Below are positions 1-11,864 of a stretch of DNA of 64,000 nucleotides, piece by piece. The translations under genes and the position numbers were made by a program. The stretch spans positions 6,076,001 through 6,140,000 of the forward strand of contig NC_043013.1 of NCBI RefSeq assembly GCF_006345805.1, in the 5' to 3' direction. The DNA comes from Octopus sinensis (Eukaryota). The first letter of the stretch is position 1. Every line of letters begins with the position of its first letter. Under the pieces are notes generated by a model that saw only the letters and a program-made list of their open reading frames with translations, did no database searches and was not told the origin of the DNA.

Positions 1-206
1 AGGAAGTCTCCATAAAGACGTTTTCATCATAATTATTATTTATTTTACTAGAGTGCCATCCGTTGTATGATGGGCAACTTTGGAAGTATACTTTTGGTGT
101 CATGGGTAATATCAGGAAATATGGTTTACATGCAATAATTATAATTTACTAATAAAATTTCTTGATGCTTATGCAAAATGACGAAATGAGTATTAATTTT
201 TGAAAT

Positions 207-468
207 AGGCACAGGCATGGCTGTATGGTAAGAAACTTGCTTCCTGGCCACATGGTTCCGGGTTCAGCCCCATCATGTGGCACCTTAGGCAAATGACCTC
301 TACTATAGCCTCAGGCCAACCAAAGCCTTGTGGGTGGATTCGATAGATAGAAACTGAAAGAAACCCATTGTGTGTGTGTGTGTGTGGTCTTTGCATCTAT
401 GTTTGCTCCCCATTACCACTTGACAACCGGTGTTATGTTCATGTCCCTGTAACTTAGTGGTTTGGCAT
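207..468 (+). mobile_element. CORE-like tRNA-derived SINE, diverged and 3'-truncated
   Basis: A-box/B-box-like head, CACCTTAGGCAAATG CORE-like segment and internal TG tract; same family as 6132-6540. Confidence 0.8.
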
Positions 469-733
469 GACTACATTGTCATTTACTCCCTCTTCTAGGA
501 ATCTTTCTTTCTCACTGAGTATGTTTATGTGTAGCATTCTTTTACCCATTGCCTGCCACCAAGCCTAGTATGTACACTCATTCTGCACGTCTTGTGTTAA
601 CTTTCACTGTAATTCTCTTTTATTTTCTCCCTTTCTATATATGATATAAAGTATGACTGAAGAAATCAACCAGCCAATCAAGGAACCAACGTTTACATCA
701 GCTGTTCTATAGAGATAATAATAGTACTTATAA

Positions 734-912
734 TAACAAGAGCACTCAGAGAGCACAAACCTCTGCCAAGGCAACACCAACATCCTCTCAAAGATTAGCC
801 AGATGATTTTTAAAATGAGAATATCTGAAATAAACTCAAATGCTCTCACAAACGAGAATGCTAAAAATGAACCCGACCATTCTCAAAAATTGAGTAAAAA
901 ACCCAGAAAAAT
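734..912 (-). mobile_element. 3' part of a HINE/Helentron-like non-autonomous element
   Basis: Positions ~835-912 are the reverse complement of 24520-24605; terminal AACAAGAGCACTCAGAGAGCACAAACCTCTGCCAAGG shares the ACCTCTGCC motif with the 24337 end. Confidence 0.55.
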
Positions 913-1497
913 AACATTAGCATGCCAGGTGAAATGCTTAGCGGTACTTCATCTGCTGCTACGTTCTGAGTTCAAATTCCGCCAAGGTCGACTTTGCCTT
1001 TCATCCTTTCGGGGTTGATAAATTAAGTACCAATTACGCACTGGGGTTGATGTAATGGACTTAATCTGTTTGTCCTTGTTTAGCCCCTTGTGGATAGTAA
1101 AGAAATAGGTATTTCATCTGCCACTATGTTCTGAGTTCAAATTCCGCCGAGGTTGACTTTGCCTTTCATCCATTTGGGGTCGATTAAATAAGTACCAGTT
1201 ACGCACTGGGGTTGATATAATCGACTTAATCTGTTTGTCTGTCCTTGTTTGTCCCTTCTATGTTTAGCCCCCAGTGGGCAATAAAGAAATAAGAAACATT
1301 AGCATGCCAGGCGAAATGCTTCACAGTATTTTGTCTGCTGCTATGTTCTGAGTTCAAATTCCGCCGAGGTCTACTTTTCCTTTCATCCTTTCAGGGTCAA
1401 TTAAATAAGTACCCATTACGCACTGGGGTCGATATAATCGACTTAATCTGCTTGTCCCTTTTATGTTTAGCCCCCTGTGGACAATAAATAAATAAGA
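913..1497 (+). mobile_element. Three head-to-tail copies of the TTCATCCTTT/TAAGTACC-type tRNA-derived SINE
   Basis: GTTCTGAGTTCAAATTCCGCC..GACTTTGCCTTTCATCCTTT..TAAGTACC..ACTGGGGT repeated three times. Confidence 0.85.
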
Positions 1498-1559
1498 AGG
1501 TGAGCACAAGCAGGCGGTGTTCAGTCTGCATCGTGAATAGTAGACAAAGAGCTAAAGGT

Positions 1560-1960
1560 TTGATGTCACTACCATACCAAGTTTTAGAAAATTAACTTTG
1601 TGCTTACAAAAATGATCAGAATAGTTCCTGGTCAAGAAAAATTTTCAATTGTGGTTATTGGGTTGAATTTCATAAAATGAGATCTAAATGTAAATGGTTG
1701 CTGGTTCAGACGGATGTAACAAGCAAGACTCGGGTTTCAGTAATTAGGTCAAACTAAGAAAAGTTTGAGTTGGTTGTTATATCAATCGCTGCTGGAAGAG
1801 AGGATTGCCCAAAGAAAATTTTGAATAAGATGGTTAGAGAAGGCAGTCAATAGAAAGGCAGACACTCATAGAAAATTAAAACAAGGTTTTTGACCGGAAG
1901 GGCATTTAGTAGTTGTAAAGTGTTCACATCAAGAATTCAAAGTGGATAGCAATTTGTACT
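1560..1960 (+). pseudogene. Possible very old RTE-like LINE C-terminal fragment
   Basis: Interrupted translation PKKILNKMVREGSQ*KGRH resembles the RTE PKKIL..G.R..GRP motif. Confidence 0.3.
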
Positions 1961-2404
1961 GTTAGCTAAACAACTGTTAAAAAGTCATATTCAAAAAATT
2001 TCAGAAGATAAGTTGGATTAAAATATAATGTTTTAAAGTATATTTAGTTGTTGTTGCTTCAGTGACTGGAACAAATTTTTGCAATTACTCAGTTATTTAT
2101 TTATTTATTTTTGTGGAAGAATTTATCACTTGAGGCAGAGAATATTTCATTAAAAAAAAAGTAATTATTTTGTTACACACTTTCAAATAGATAAAAATTT
2201 ATTTTTTACCCTTTGTAAAGTGTACCGCCCTAGTGAAGTTTCATATTAAAGGAATGACAGAAAGGATGAGGATGATGATGATGATGATGATGATGGGGGG
2301 GTGGAGTGGGAGATGAAGGGTTGGAAGAAAGAGTAGTAGTAGTAGTAGCTGTAACTTCTGTTTTATATTCATTACAGATTTTTTCCTTCTGTGTGTTATT
2401 TCAG

Positions 2405-2578
2405 ATATTCCTATGTGGCTTACATACCTATAAGATGGTGCTTCATACTTACAACAGACACAAACTAATGTTTCTACGTAACAGGACTCAGTTGTTACCA
2501 GCTTTGGCAGTGTGAACCTTGGCAAATCAGTTCTTCCCGGGATCAACATTACTCCATTGGTTTTTTAGCCCCTACCAG
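2405..2578 (+). other. Candidate non-coding (UTR) exon
   Basis: Acceptor ttttccttctgtgtgttatttcag and donor CCAG/gtaaag; stops in all three frames. Confidence 0.2.
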
Positions 2579-2664
2579 GTAAAGATATTTACTATTGTTT
2601 CTGCATTTATGTAATTTTTCAGGAGAGGTGTTTTTTTTTTCTTTTTATTTGGTCAGGAGAAAAA

Positions 2665-2945
2665 GGGCTGTGCTCATGACTTTTTCAGGGTCTCTGATGT
2701 GGTTGGAGAGGAGGCAGCACCTATGATCCTTGCAGGATCTCTGATGTGGGGATAGTAGGCAGCACCTGTGACTTTTGTTGGGTAGAGGAATCAGTATCCA
2801 ATGATCTTTGTAGGGTTGCTGAAGTGGGGAAGAAGAGATAGTGCCTATGACTTTTGCAGGGTCTCTGATGTGTGGGAGAGAAGGCAGGATCACTGAGGTC
2901 AGGGACAGGAGAGTAGCACTCGTGATTCTTTTAAGGGCTTCCGAG
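2665..2945. repeat. Degenerate ~45-47 bp minisatellite
   Basis: GCACCTATGA..TTGCAGGGTCTCTGATGTGG motif recurs about 5-6 times. Confidence 0.65.
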
Positions 2946-3447
2946 ACGAGTGGAAATTTAAAAGTTATCCCCTGACCAAGGATCTGGTTCCACTGCTTGC
3001 AACATTGTGTACCTGCTAAAGGCACATAAAACTCAGTTGGTGGCCTTTAACATGACAATCAGTTAAGTTTATAACATGTTCTACTCTCTATACATTTCTG
3101 TATACATGGGGTTTATCTAATTGCTTTTGCGGTCTGTGTTATATGAGTAAATAAATATATGAAGTTTTATTTCTCTCTCTGTAATTAGTCTCATTGTGAA
3201 ATTAGGACTGGTGAGGATGGGGTAAGGCTGCTGTTTGACAGCTTGGGATTAGAACCGAACTGATAAAGTTTTTGCTATCTTTATAGCTTGTTAGGGTTCA
3301 CTCATCTTTCCCTACCAAGATGTTGCAAGAATTGGTCATGCTCCAAGTGATTAGTCTTGCTGTTAAATTAAGACCAGTGTGTGTGTGTGTGTTGTTTGGC
3401 AGAGTAGAATCAGACTGACACACTTTGGTATCCTTACAGCTTTATAT

Positions 3448-3494
<47 letters not shown>

Positions 3495-3499
3495 TATAT

Positions 3500-3670
3500 A
3501 TAGGGGAAGAATTCACAAAAAAAACCAACAAAAGACGAGGATAGGTGGTATAGACAACAAACGGATGTATTAGTATAACTCTTGGGAAGTGAAAAAGTCT
3601 TTAACGTTTCGAGCCTAGGCTCTTCCACAGAAAGGAACACAGAAAGAAACAAGGAGAGAAAATAAAGATT
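3500..3670 (-). mobile_element. Penelope-type terminal-repeat fragment with a minimal hammerhead-like fold at 3598-3635
   Basis: Minus strand CTTT CTGTGGAA GAGC-CTAG-GCTC GAAAC GTT AAAG; related to 28705-28862; next to a (TA)n tract. Confidence 0.6.
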
Positions 3671-5146
3671 GTAATATATATATACATATTTGTTATTATT
3701 AGTATTAATTCAGAATAGTATTTTACATATGTGTGTTTGTATTTTTGCACTCACAAGTACAAGATCGTGGTTTCAATTCCTAGATCAGGTGGGTGCATTG
3801 TATTCTTTAGCAAAATACTTCATCTCACATTGCTCTGTGATCACTTCAACACCTGACACATGGTACATTGTGCACCTGTTTTGGCGAGGTGCACAATTCG
3901 ATAGAGGGACCAAGCTGATGTACAGCACAAACATTTGATCACTGTAAGCAAATCATTTGTGTAGGTTCCTCTGTAAGAGATTGTAGAACTGTCTTTCTCA
4001 GACTACAAAAGACTACCATATTCAGGTAGGTGTGTGTGTGTGTGTGGTGGGGGGGTAGTGTTGTCTGTTGCTCCTGTCAAGAAATCATCCAATCACTTTG
4101 TGCCATTGAAGCTGCATGGAATATGTGATTTCTTACATGGAAAATCGGTAAGGGTTAGCATTAGGCAAATCATCCAGTTGTAAAACAACACTTGAAATGA
4201 TATCCAAACCATGCAAACATGGAAAAAACGGATGTTAAAAGAATTAATGACCAAATAAAGCAGTTTAGTCATTATTTTATCTATTACATGATTTGTCTAT
4301 TACATATGAAGACAGAAAGTATTTTAAAATTGTTTTTCTTCCTCGTTCATTTGTGTTAATTTTCTCTGAAAAGTATCATAGCTAAATGACTCAACACGTA
4401 TCGTTTCCACATTTGGTATTTATAATTTTCTAATAGTTCCTTTCTCAGGAATAAGCTTGTTGTTTCTGATAATTGTATATCTTCTGCATGGCATAATGAA
4501 ACGGCAAATAACAAATTCAATTAATCGTATCCAAGTAATTAGTCTTCTTTTTAAATCAAATGATTAGAGAGAGAGAGAGCGAGAGAGAGCAACAAACAAG
4601 GAAAGTTTAAAAAATGAGATGGAATCACTCATAGTTTTAGAAATTGATACAGTCTTGAGTGCACCCAACTCATTTTCTTTATTGACCAAAGTGACAGGAG
4701 TTCAAATCAGAATCCAAGTGTGTTATGGACATCTTCCATTACAGTTTAGCAAAATTCTAATTTTTTTTGCCATTGGTCAATAAGTGTTATTTCCTATTTG
4801 CTTCTATTATAGAAATGAGAGGAAATCAATACTATTCCCTTCAAACTTTGCTTTTGAGATCTGAACACCATTGTTCTGAAACTGACCTGTTTTCCATTAG
4901 ATTTCAGACAGATCCAGCATTGAGTTGCTGAAGCAGAAATATCCTTTTCTCTTCTACACTAGGCACAAGGCCCGAAATTTTGGGGGAGGAGGGGGTGGCC
5001 AGTCAATTAGATTGACCTCAGTATGCAACTGGTACTTAGTTTATCAACCCTGAAAGAATGAAAGGCAAAGTTGACCTCGGGATTTGAACTCAGAACATAA
5101 AGACAGCGCGCTAATGATTCTGCCAGCTGAAGCAGAACTATCATTA

Positions 5147-5318
5147 TAGCAAATATTCTGTTCAATTCCACAGAATTGCTTGTCAGTTGCTTGGCCTTAA
5201 CCACTTGAGCATGTCCCTTAGTGGCTGACAATATGTGCATCTCAGATCATGAGCAAGAGTAGTGGGAGAGTATCATAAGCCTTGTGTTGAGTGGGATTCT
5301 TTGGGATTTGAATAAATA
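5147..5318 (+). mobile_element. Partial copy of the unclassified repeat at 59309-59778, opposite orientation
   Basis: Reverse-complement match to ~59590-59765. Confidence 0.75.
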
Positions 5319-5589
5319 TAGCAAAGTTTGAAGGAAATATTAGTCATTTTTCATACTTTCTAGGGGTCAGCAAATAGGAAAAATAGTTGTTACCCAAGGA
5401 CAAAAGCCACGTTAGACAGTGTTATTAACCTTGTGTTTCTAGGGTCAGCTAGATTTTTGTGTTGGAATGTGATGGTTTGGGCACATCTCTTTGGATGCTG
5501 ATAAGTTTTGCATGGCTGAGTAGACATTCAACCTATTTTGGTAACAGTGGTGTTTGGCACTGGAGGCAAATACACACACACATGCACAC

Positions 5590-5988
5590 ATGTGTGATAA
5601 GAATCTTGCTTAGCAACTACATGGCTCAGGTTCAGTCCCACTGCGTGGCACCTTGGGCAAGTATCTTCTACCACAGCCTTGGGCCGATCAAAACCTTATG
5701 AGTGGATTTGGTAGATGGAAACTGAAAGAAGCCCTTCATATATATATATGTATATATTTATGTGTGTGTACCTTTGTATCTGTGTTTGTTCCACCCCCAC
5801 CATCGCTTGACATCCAATAGTAGTGTGTTCACATCCCCGAAACTTAGCAGTTTGGTGAAAGAGTTCAATAGAATAAGTACTAGGCTTACAAAGAATGAGT
5901 CCTGGGGGTCGGTTTCTTTGATTAAAACCCTTTAAGGTGGTGCTCCAGCATAGCCACAAACGATTGAAATGCATATAAGAATAAAAGA
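5590..5988 (+). mobile_element. CORE-like SINE
   Basis: Head, CORE-like block, TA/TG tract and CCAGCAT..AAAAGA tail. Confidence 0.85.
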
Positions 5989-6131
5989 CAACATATAGAA
6001 GGAGAGAAAGAGAAGGCAAGAGGGAGATATTACGATTTATTAATTGAATAATGATTGACATAAACATTTTTACTCTCCTCATATACATAAAGAGAAACAT
6101 GCATACACACATAAGCATATATATATAATAT

Positions 6132-6303
6132 AGGCGCAGGAGTGGCTGTGTGGTAAGTAGCTTGCTAACCAACCACATGGTTCCGGGTTCAGTCCCACTG
6201 CGTGGCATCTTGGGCAAGTGTCTTCTGCTATAGCCCTGGGCCGACCAATGCCTTGTGAGTGTATTTGGTAGACGGAAACTGAAAGAAGCCTGTCGTATAT
6301 ATG

Positions 6304-6334
<31 letters not shown>

Positions 6335-6540
6335 TTGTGTTTGTCCCCATAGCATTGCTTGACAACCGATGCTGGTGTGTTTACGTCCCCGTCACCTAGC
6401 GGTTCGGCAAAAGAGACCGATAAAATAAGTACTGGGCTTACAAAGAATAAGTCCCGGGGTCGATTTGCTTGACTAAAGGCGGTGCTCCAGCATGGCCGCA
6501 ACCAAAATGACTGAAACAAGTAAAAGAGTAAAAGAGAAAA
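6132..6540 (+). mobile_element. Full-length young CORE-like tRNA-derived SINE
   Basis: AGGCGCAGGAGTGGCTGTGTGG (A box) ..GGTTCAGTCCC (B box) ..TTGGGCAAGTGTC.. internal microsatellite ..GTAAAAGA tail; CpGs retained. Confidence 0.9.
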
Positions 6541-6828
6541 GAGTATATACTAGCTGAATAGTCGTTGCCAGGCAATTTTTCCAGTGGAATGTATTATATA
6601 AATTTTTATTTATTCCATGTCAGAACATGCCTTCTCTGAGGGATAGGCCTCTTAACCAGGATAGATTTGTGCATTTTATTTTTTGCCAAAAAACTTTGTT
6701 GAAAATGTTTTTCCTGTTTAATCCTTTTGTAACTGTATTAATTTTGAGAGACAAACATAAATATACATACACATTAATATATACATATACACATATACAA
6801 ATATATACATATACATACATATCATTAT

Positions 6829-7128
6829 CATCATCATCATCGTCGTTTAACATCCGCTTTCCATGCTAGCATGGGTAGGATGATTTGAGTGAGGTCTGGC
6901 GAACCAGATGGCTGCACCAGACTCCAGTCTGACCTGGCAGAATTTCTACAGCTAGATGCCCGTCTTAACGCCAACCACTCCGAGAGTGTAGTGGGCACGA
7001 GGGCCAGTCAGGCGGTACTGCCAACGGCCATACTCAAATGGTGCTTTTTATGTGCCACCTGCACAGTTGCCAGTCCAGCGGCACTGGCAACGACCTTGCT
7101 TGAATGTTTTTCATGTGCCACCAGCACA
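6829..7128 (-). mobile_element. RTE LINE 3' UTR fragment with (GAT)n tail and two to three diverged ~66-bp internal repeats
   Basis: Reverse complement of the 36261-36435 tail and of the 66-bp array unit. Confidence 0.8.
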
Positions 7129-7152
7129 AGTATACATATATATATATATATA

Positions 7153-7532
7153 CACTTGCGTCAGAAATTAATTAGCACTTCTCAAATTTCTACATTAAAT
7201 AGGTTAAATCAATTAACCTATGAGCTGTTCAAAACGTCTTACGCGATGAGAAAACTTAGTATGGTGTGATTTCGGTCCTTGCGAGGCGCTACCTATATCT
7301 ATTAAACAAAGGAAGATTTGTCTGCATCTGCACTCCAAGTTGTTGTTGCACTGCTATGTCAACATCATAAGGCTGTAGACTCTCAAACTGCTCTGCAAAC
7401 AAAGTTACGTCATCGTTCTGCGCAACAGTGAACTCGCAACAAAGCAATAGTTCGAGATATGGCCACTAGGTGACAGCACATACCTTGAGTGAAGAGCAAA
7501 TCAAGGGTGCTAATTAATTTCTGACGGTAGTG
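7153..7532. mobile_element. Tc1/mariner-type MITE, 380 bp
   Basis: 26-bp TIRs CACTTGCGTCAGAAATTAATTAGCAC / GTGCTAATTAATTTCTGACGGTAGTG, flanked by TA inside (TA)n. Confidence 0.85.
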
Positions 7533-7567
<35 letters not shown>

Positions 7568-7796
7568 GTATATATATATAATAATATCTCGAGAATTTGT
7601 CTCTTTGTTTAGTTTTCCTGTTTTCTACTAAATACAACATACTTTATCAGATTTAAATCCAGGGACACTTAAGTAACAATTAGTTACCTTGTAATTATTC
7701 CCTTGGATTTTTCCTTTAAATGTCTGATGTCAAATAAGAGGTGGATCAGCAATGTGAAATAGGTGGCACCAAGACAGCTGTGCCACTCATATCCAC

Positions 7797-7831
<35 letters not shown>

Positions 7832-8279
7832 TTGTACTTTCGAAAGAGCTGAACATGTCATGTACATGTGGTTGTTTCATGTTTCTGGGCAGATGTCAAG
7901 GAATACACCAACGCATGACCAGGTTCAGGCTTGGTAAGGAGTTTGCTTCCCAACCACATGGTTCTGGGTTCAGACCCACTGTGTGGCACGATGGGCAAGT
8001 CTTCTACTATAGCCTTGTTAGTGGATTTGGCAGAAAGAAACTGAAAGAAGCCGATTGTTTTCTATATATATCATCATCATCATCGTCATTTAACATCCAT
8101 TTTCCATGCATGCATGGATAGGACAGTTCACAGGAGCCAGCCATGTAGAAAAACTACCCTATGCTACTGTGTGTGCTTTGACAAGGTTTCTTTTATGGCT
8201 GGATGGCCTTTCTAACACCAGCCATGGTGCAGAGTGGTCTCTCTGCAAAGTAGACTGAATATATATATATATATATATA

Positions 8280-8428
8280 AAATATTATTTGAGACAAAAC
8301 CACTATTTTGCAAAACAAACAAGGAAAGACTTAATCAATACATAAAATTTAATAAATATTAAATTTTATGTATTGATTAAGTCTTTCCTTGGTGTTTTGC
8401 AAAATAGTGGTTTTGTCTCAAATAATAT
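8280..8428. repeat. Near-perfect palindrome with ~73-bp arms
   Basis: The right arm is the reverse complement of the left with one small mismatch/indel and a loop of about 4 nt. Confidence 0.9.
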
Positions 8429-8679
8429 TTATAATATTTTACTATAAAATTGGATTTAATCCTAAATCTGATTTTTTTTCCCTGTAAATTGGATATATTC
8501 CCTAATATTATTATTATATATATATATATATATATATATAACTGTATGCATATATACATACATATATGTACATACCTACATATATATGTATATCATCATC
8601 ATCATCATCATCGTTGTTTAGCGTCCGTTTTCCATGCTAGCATGGGTTGGACGGTGCATACATGCATATATGGATATGG

Positions 8680-8935
8680 GACATCAAAAAGATGTCAACA
8701 AAATGAGAAACCGGACAGGTAACATAAAGAACATTCCCTTCATCAGTTGTCCCCTGTTTTATCCAATCTGCATTTTGAAGGTAAGGGACAAGATGTGACT
8801 TCGTTAAAACAGTCCTTCCCGCAAGGCAAATTAAATAAAATTTGGGATTTTTTGCGGAGGGTTAAAGTGGTAACAAAAACAGGACAGTGAGAACAAAACA
8901 GTAAAAACAAACGGTGACAGCTGTTAACCAAGATG
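8680..8935 (-). mobile_element. Probable Penelope-type repeat fragment
   Basis: Minus strand TTGTCCC..GGGACAA stem immediately followed by CTGATGAAGGG; flanked by microsatellites. Confidence 0.4.
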
Positions 8936-8941
8936 ATATAT

Positions 8942-8990
<49 letters not shown>

Positions 8991-9998
8991 TATCGATGTG
9001 TGTGTGTGCCTGTGTTTGTTCCCACCACCACCACCACCACTTGAAAACTGGTGTTGGTGTGTTTTTATCCCTGTAGCTGTAGCTTAGCAGTTTAGCAAAA
9101 GAGACCAATAGAAGAATTCCCAGGCTTTGAAAATCCTAAGTACTGGGGTTGATTCATTAGACTAAATTTCTTCAGGGCATTGCCCCAGCATGGCCGCAGT
9201 CTTAATGACTGAAACAAGTTAAAGATAAAGATCACCGACGTCATGTGGTCCACCATTTTGTGTTTCACTCAGTAAATAGTTTAATTATTGATTCAAACAT
9301 TTTTCATATCAGGGTATGAATTTGAATTAGAAGCTTGAGTCATAATGAATCTTTCATTAGCTAATTAATTATGCAATCATGGACGCTGCTCCTACAGATG
9401 TGTTGCTGTTACTCTCCTGATAGAGCTTGGTGACCCTGGCCTTTGACCTTGTAGGAGTCTGCTGATCAGCATCAGTGTAATAAGTGTCGTTGGTTCAGTT
9501 GAGCTCTTCTGCTGCCTCTTTGCAATCTGCCATGCTGCAGTCCCGTGACTTTACTGTGTGTCTGGCTGGGTGGCTAAATGCGTATGCAAGTATTTTGAAA
9601 ATACTGCAAGGAGTGACAACCATGCTTTGCATAGTTATGGACTGCCCTTTAGCAAAGCATAGCACCCATTTTGCAACCCTGCCCAGGGATATGACAAAGT
9701 CAAAATTATTATTACATTGTCATATAATGTCTATGAAACAAATATGAATGAATATCATAATACTTCTACAAAAGACAATGCCCCCTTCCTACACACCGTG
9801 TGGGAGAGAAAGAGCAACAAATTTAAGCAGCAATCTAGAAAAGGTATTATCAAAGTACTTCATTTGATTTCCAAGAAATACTGTAGACACACCCTTACAT
9901 GTGCATTTCTTTGAAAAAATATGTCAAAAAATTAGCTGCAGTTTACATTGTTGTTGAAGGTTAAGATTGAATCATGATACTCATATAACACACACACA

Positions 9999-10036
<38 letters not shown>

Positions 10037-10646
10037 TTTTTTTTAGTAATATAGATAAAAAATAAACCACAGCTGTTATGCACAAGTGAATATGACCTAA
10101 TAACATGCTTTTCCTCATTCTTTTACATGCGCTAATTTTGTTCTCCTAACCCTTTTAGATTATGTAGACAGGAGCAGATATAGACATTTTTTGGGTGGGG
10201 GCACTCCTTCCCCACAATTCAACATTGAAAATGTTACAATTGGGTGGATAAAGGGCTGCCCCAGCACTAGTTTGGAGCTCATTTTCAGTTATGTAGACTG
10301 GAGCATTGTGAAATGAAGCACCTTGTTCAAGCTCACAGTACATCACCCATTCCAAGAATTGAACCTGCATCCTTGTGAATGTGAGTCTAACATCCTGAAT
10401 ACTCGGTCATGTGCTTTTACAGTAAGTATTAATAAATATGAATAAACATCAAGTTATGTAATTAGTCTGGCTTTAGACACAGGCCTGGCTGTGTTGTGAA
10501 GAAGCTTGCTTCCCACCCACGGAGTTGCGATTTCAAGTTCAGTTCTACTGTGTGGCACCTTGGGCAAGTGTCTTTTACTATAAGTCTGGACTGGCCAAAG
10601 CCTTGTGAGCTGTTTTGGTAAAACAGAAACTGAAAGAAGCTCATTG

Positions 10647-10679
<33 letters not shown>

Positions 10680-11529
10680 CATTGTCTAGACATCACAAGA
10701 TGGTTGTGAATAAGCATCATCATCATCATCATCATACAAGCAATGTTGTTCCTTTTCCAGTTTCCTATAGGAAACATGTCCAGTTATAGTAATAACTTTA
10801 TTACTTTGCTACTTGGAAACAGGTGAGGGCTAGTGACAAGAAGGACATCCAATCGTAGAAGAGCTGCTTCAACGAATTCCATCTGGCTCATACAAGCATG
10901 GAAAAGTGGACATTAGATGAAGATGATGATGATGATGGTGGTGGCGGCGGCGGCATGGTTGTCATTGTTTAGACCCTAGATTTTTAAAACCACCTCAATA
11001 ACAGACTGATATATATTTTGTCAATCTTAGAAGAATAAAACGTGAATGCCACTTGAGTGCAGATTTCAACACAAGACATAAAGCACAGTATAGCAAAACA
11101 CAGCAGTGCATATTGTCGAAGCTCTACCAATTCTGCAGCAGTAGTCATAGTAGTAGTAGTAGTAGTGGTGGTGGTGGTGGTTATGGTAGTGATGTTTGAG
11201 GTGGTTGTAATTATTGCTATTAAGGACAGTTGATTGGCATAATTGATAGATTGCCAGGCAGCATACCCTGCAACGTTTAATTACGTATCTTTTATGAGTT
11301 AAAATTATTCCCTGGTTGACTTGGCCTTTGATCCTTTTGATGTGTGAGAATGTGTAAGAATGGTGGTCAATAAGTACCAGTAATTAAATGGAGTCAATCG
11401 GATCAACTATACTCCTTCTCTGTCGATTTTTGGCCTTATGCTAGTAAGCAGTTATATCTTGTAATAAATGTTTTATCATTATTTTTCTGTAAGAAACATT
11501 CCTTCTCAAAATCTAAATTATGATGATAA

Positions 11530-11850
11530 TAATAATAATAATAAGGGTTAGCAGCATCAAGTATTTCTTCTAGTTCTTCACATTCAAAGTTCATTTCCTG
11601 CCAGGCCAACTTTACTTTTCCTCACTCTGGTGATGATAAACTAATGTAACCAGTTGAACCACTATCTTGTTAATAATAATAATATAATAATAATAAGGGT
11701 TAGCAGCATCAAGTATTTCTTCTAGTTCTTCACATTCAAAGTTCATTTCCTGCCAGGCCAACTTTACTTTTCCTCACTCTGGTGATGATAAACTAATGTA
11801 ACCAGTTGAACCACTATCTTGTTAATAATAATAATAATATAATAATAATA
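11530..11850 (+). repeat. Exact 152-bp tandem duplication of a decayed SINE
   Basis: GGGTTAGCAGC..CTATCTTGTT starts at 11545 and again at 11697; junctions lie in (AAT)n. Confidence 0.9.
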
Positions 11851-11864
11851 ATAATAATGATAAT

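Noticed and set aside
45-190. Helitron-like start ACTAG..GCCATC..GATGGGC
   Set aside because: A single short hairpin with no other end or second copy in the window.
655-705. CTGATG TAAACGTT on the minus strand
   Set aside because: Stem II is absent; at best a collapsed remnant.
5696-6519. 219-aa and 146-aa ORFs, and the many similar QIHSQGFG/HKALVG ORFs
   Set aside because: They are antisense translations of CORE-like SINEs and TA/CA microsatellites.
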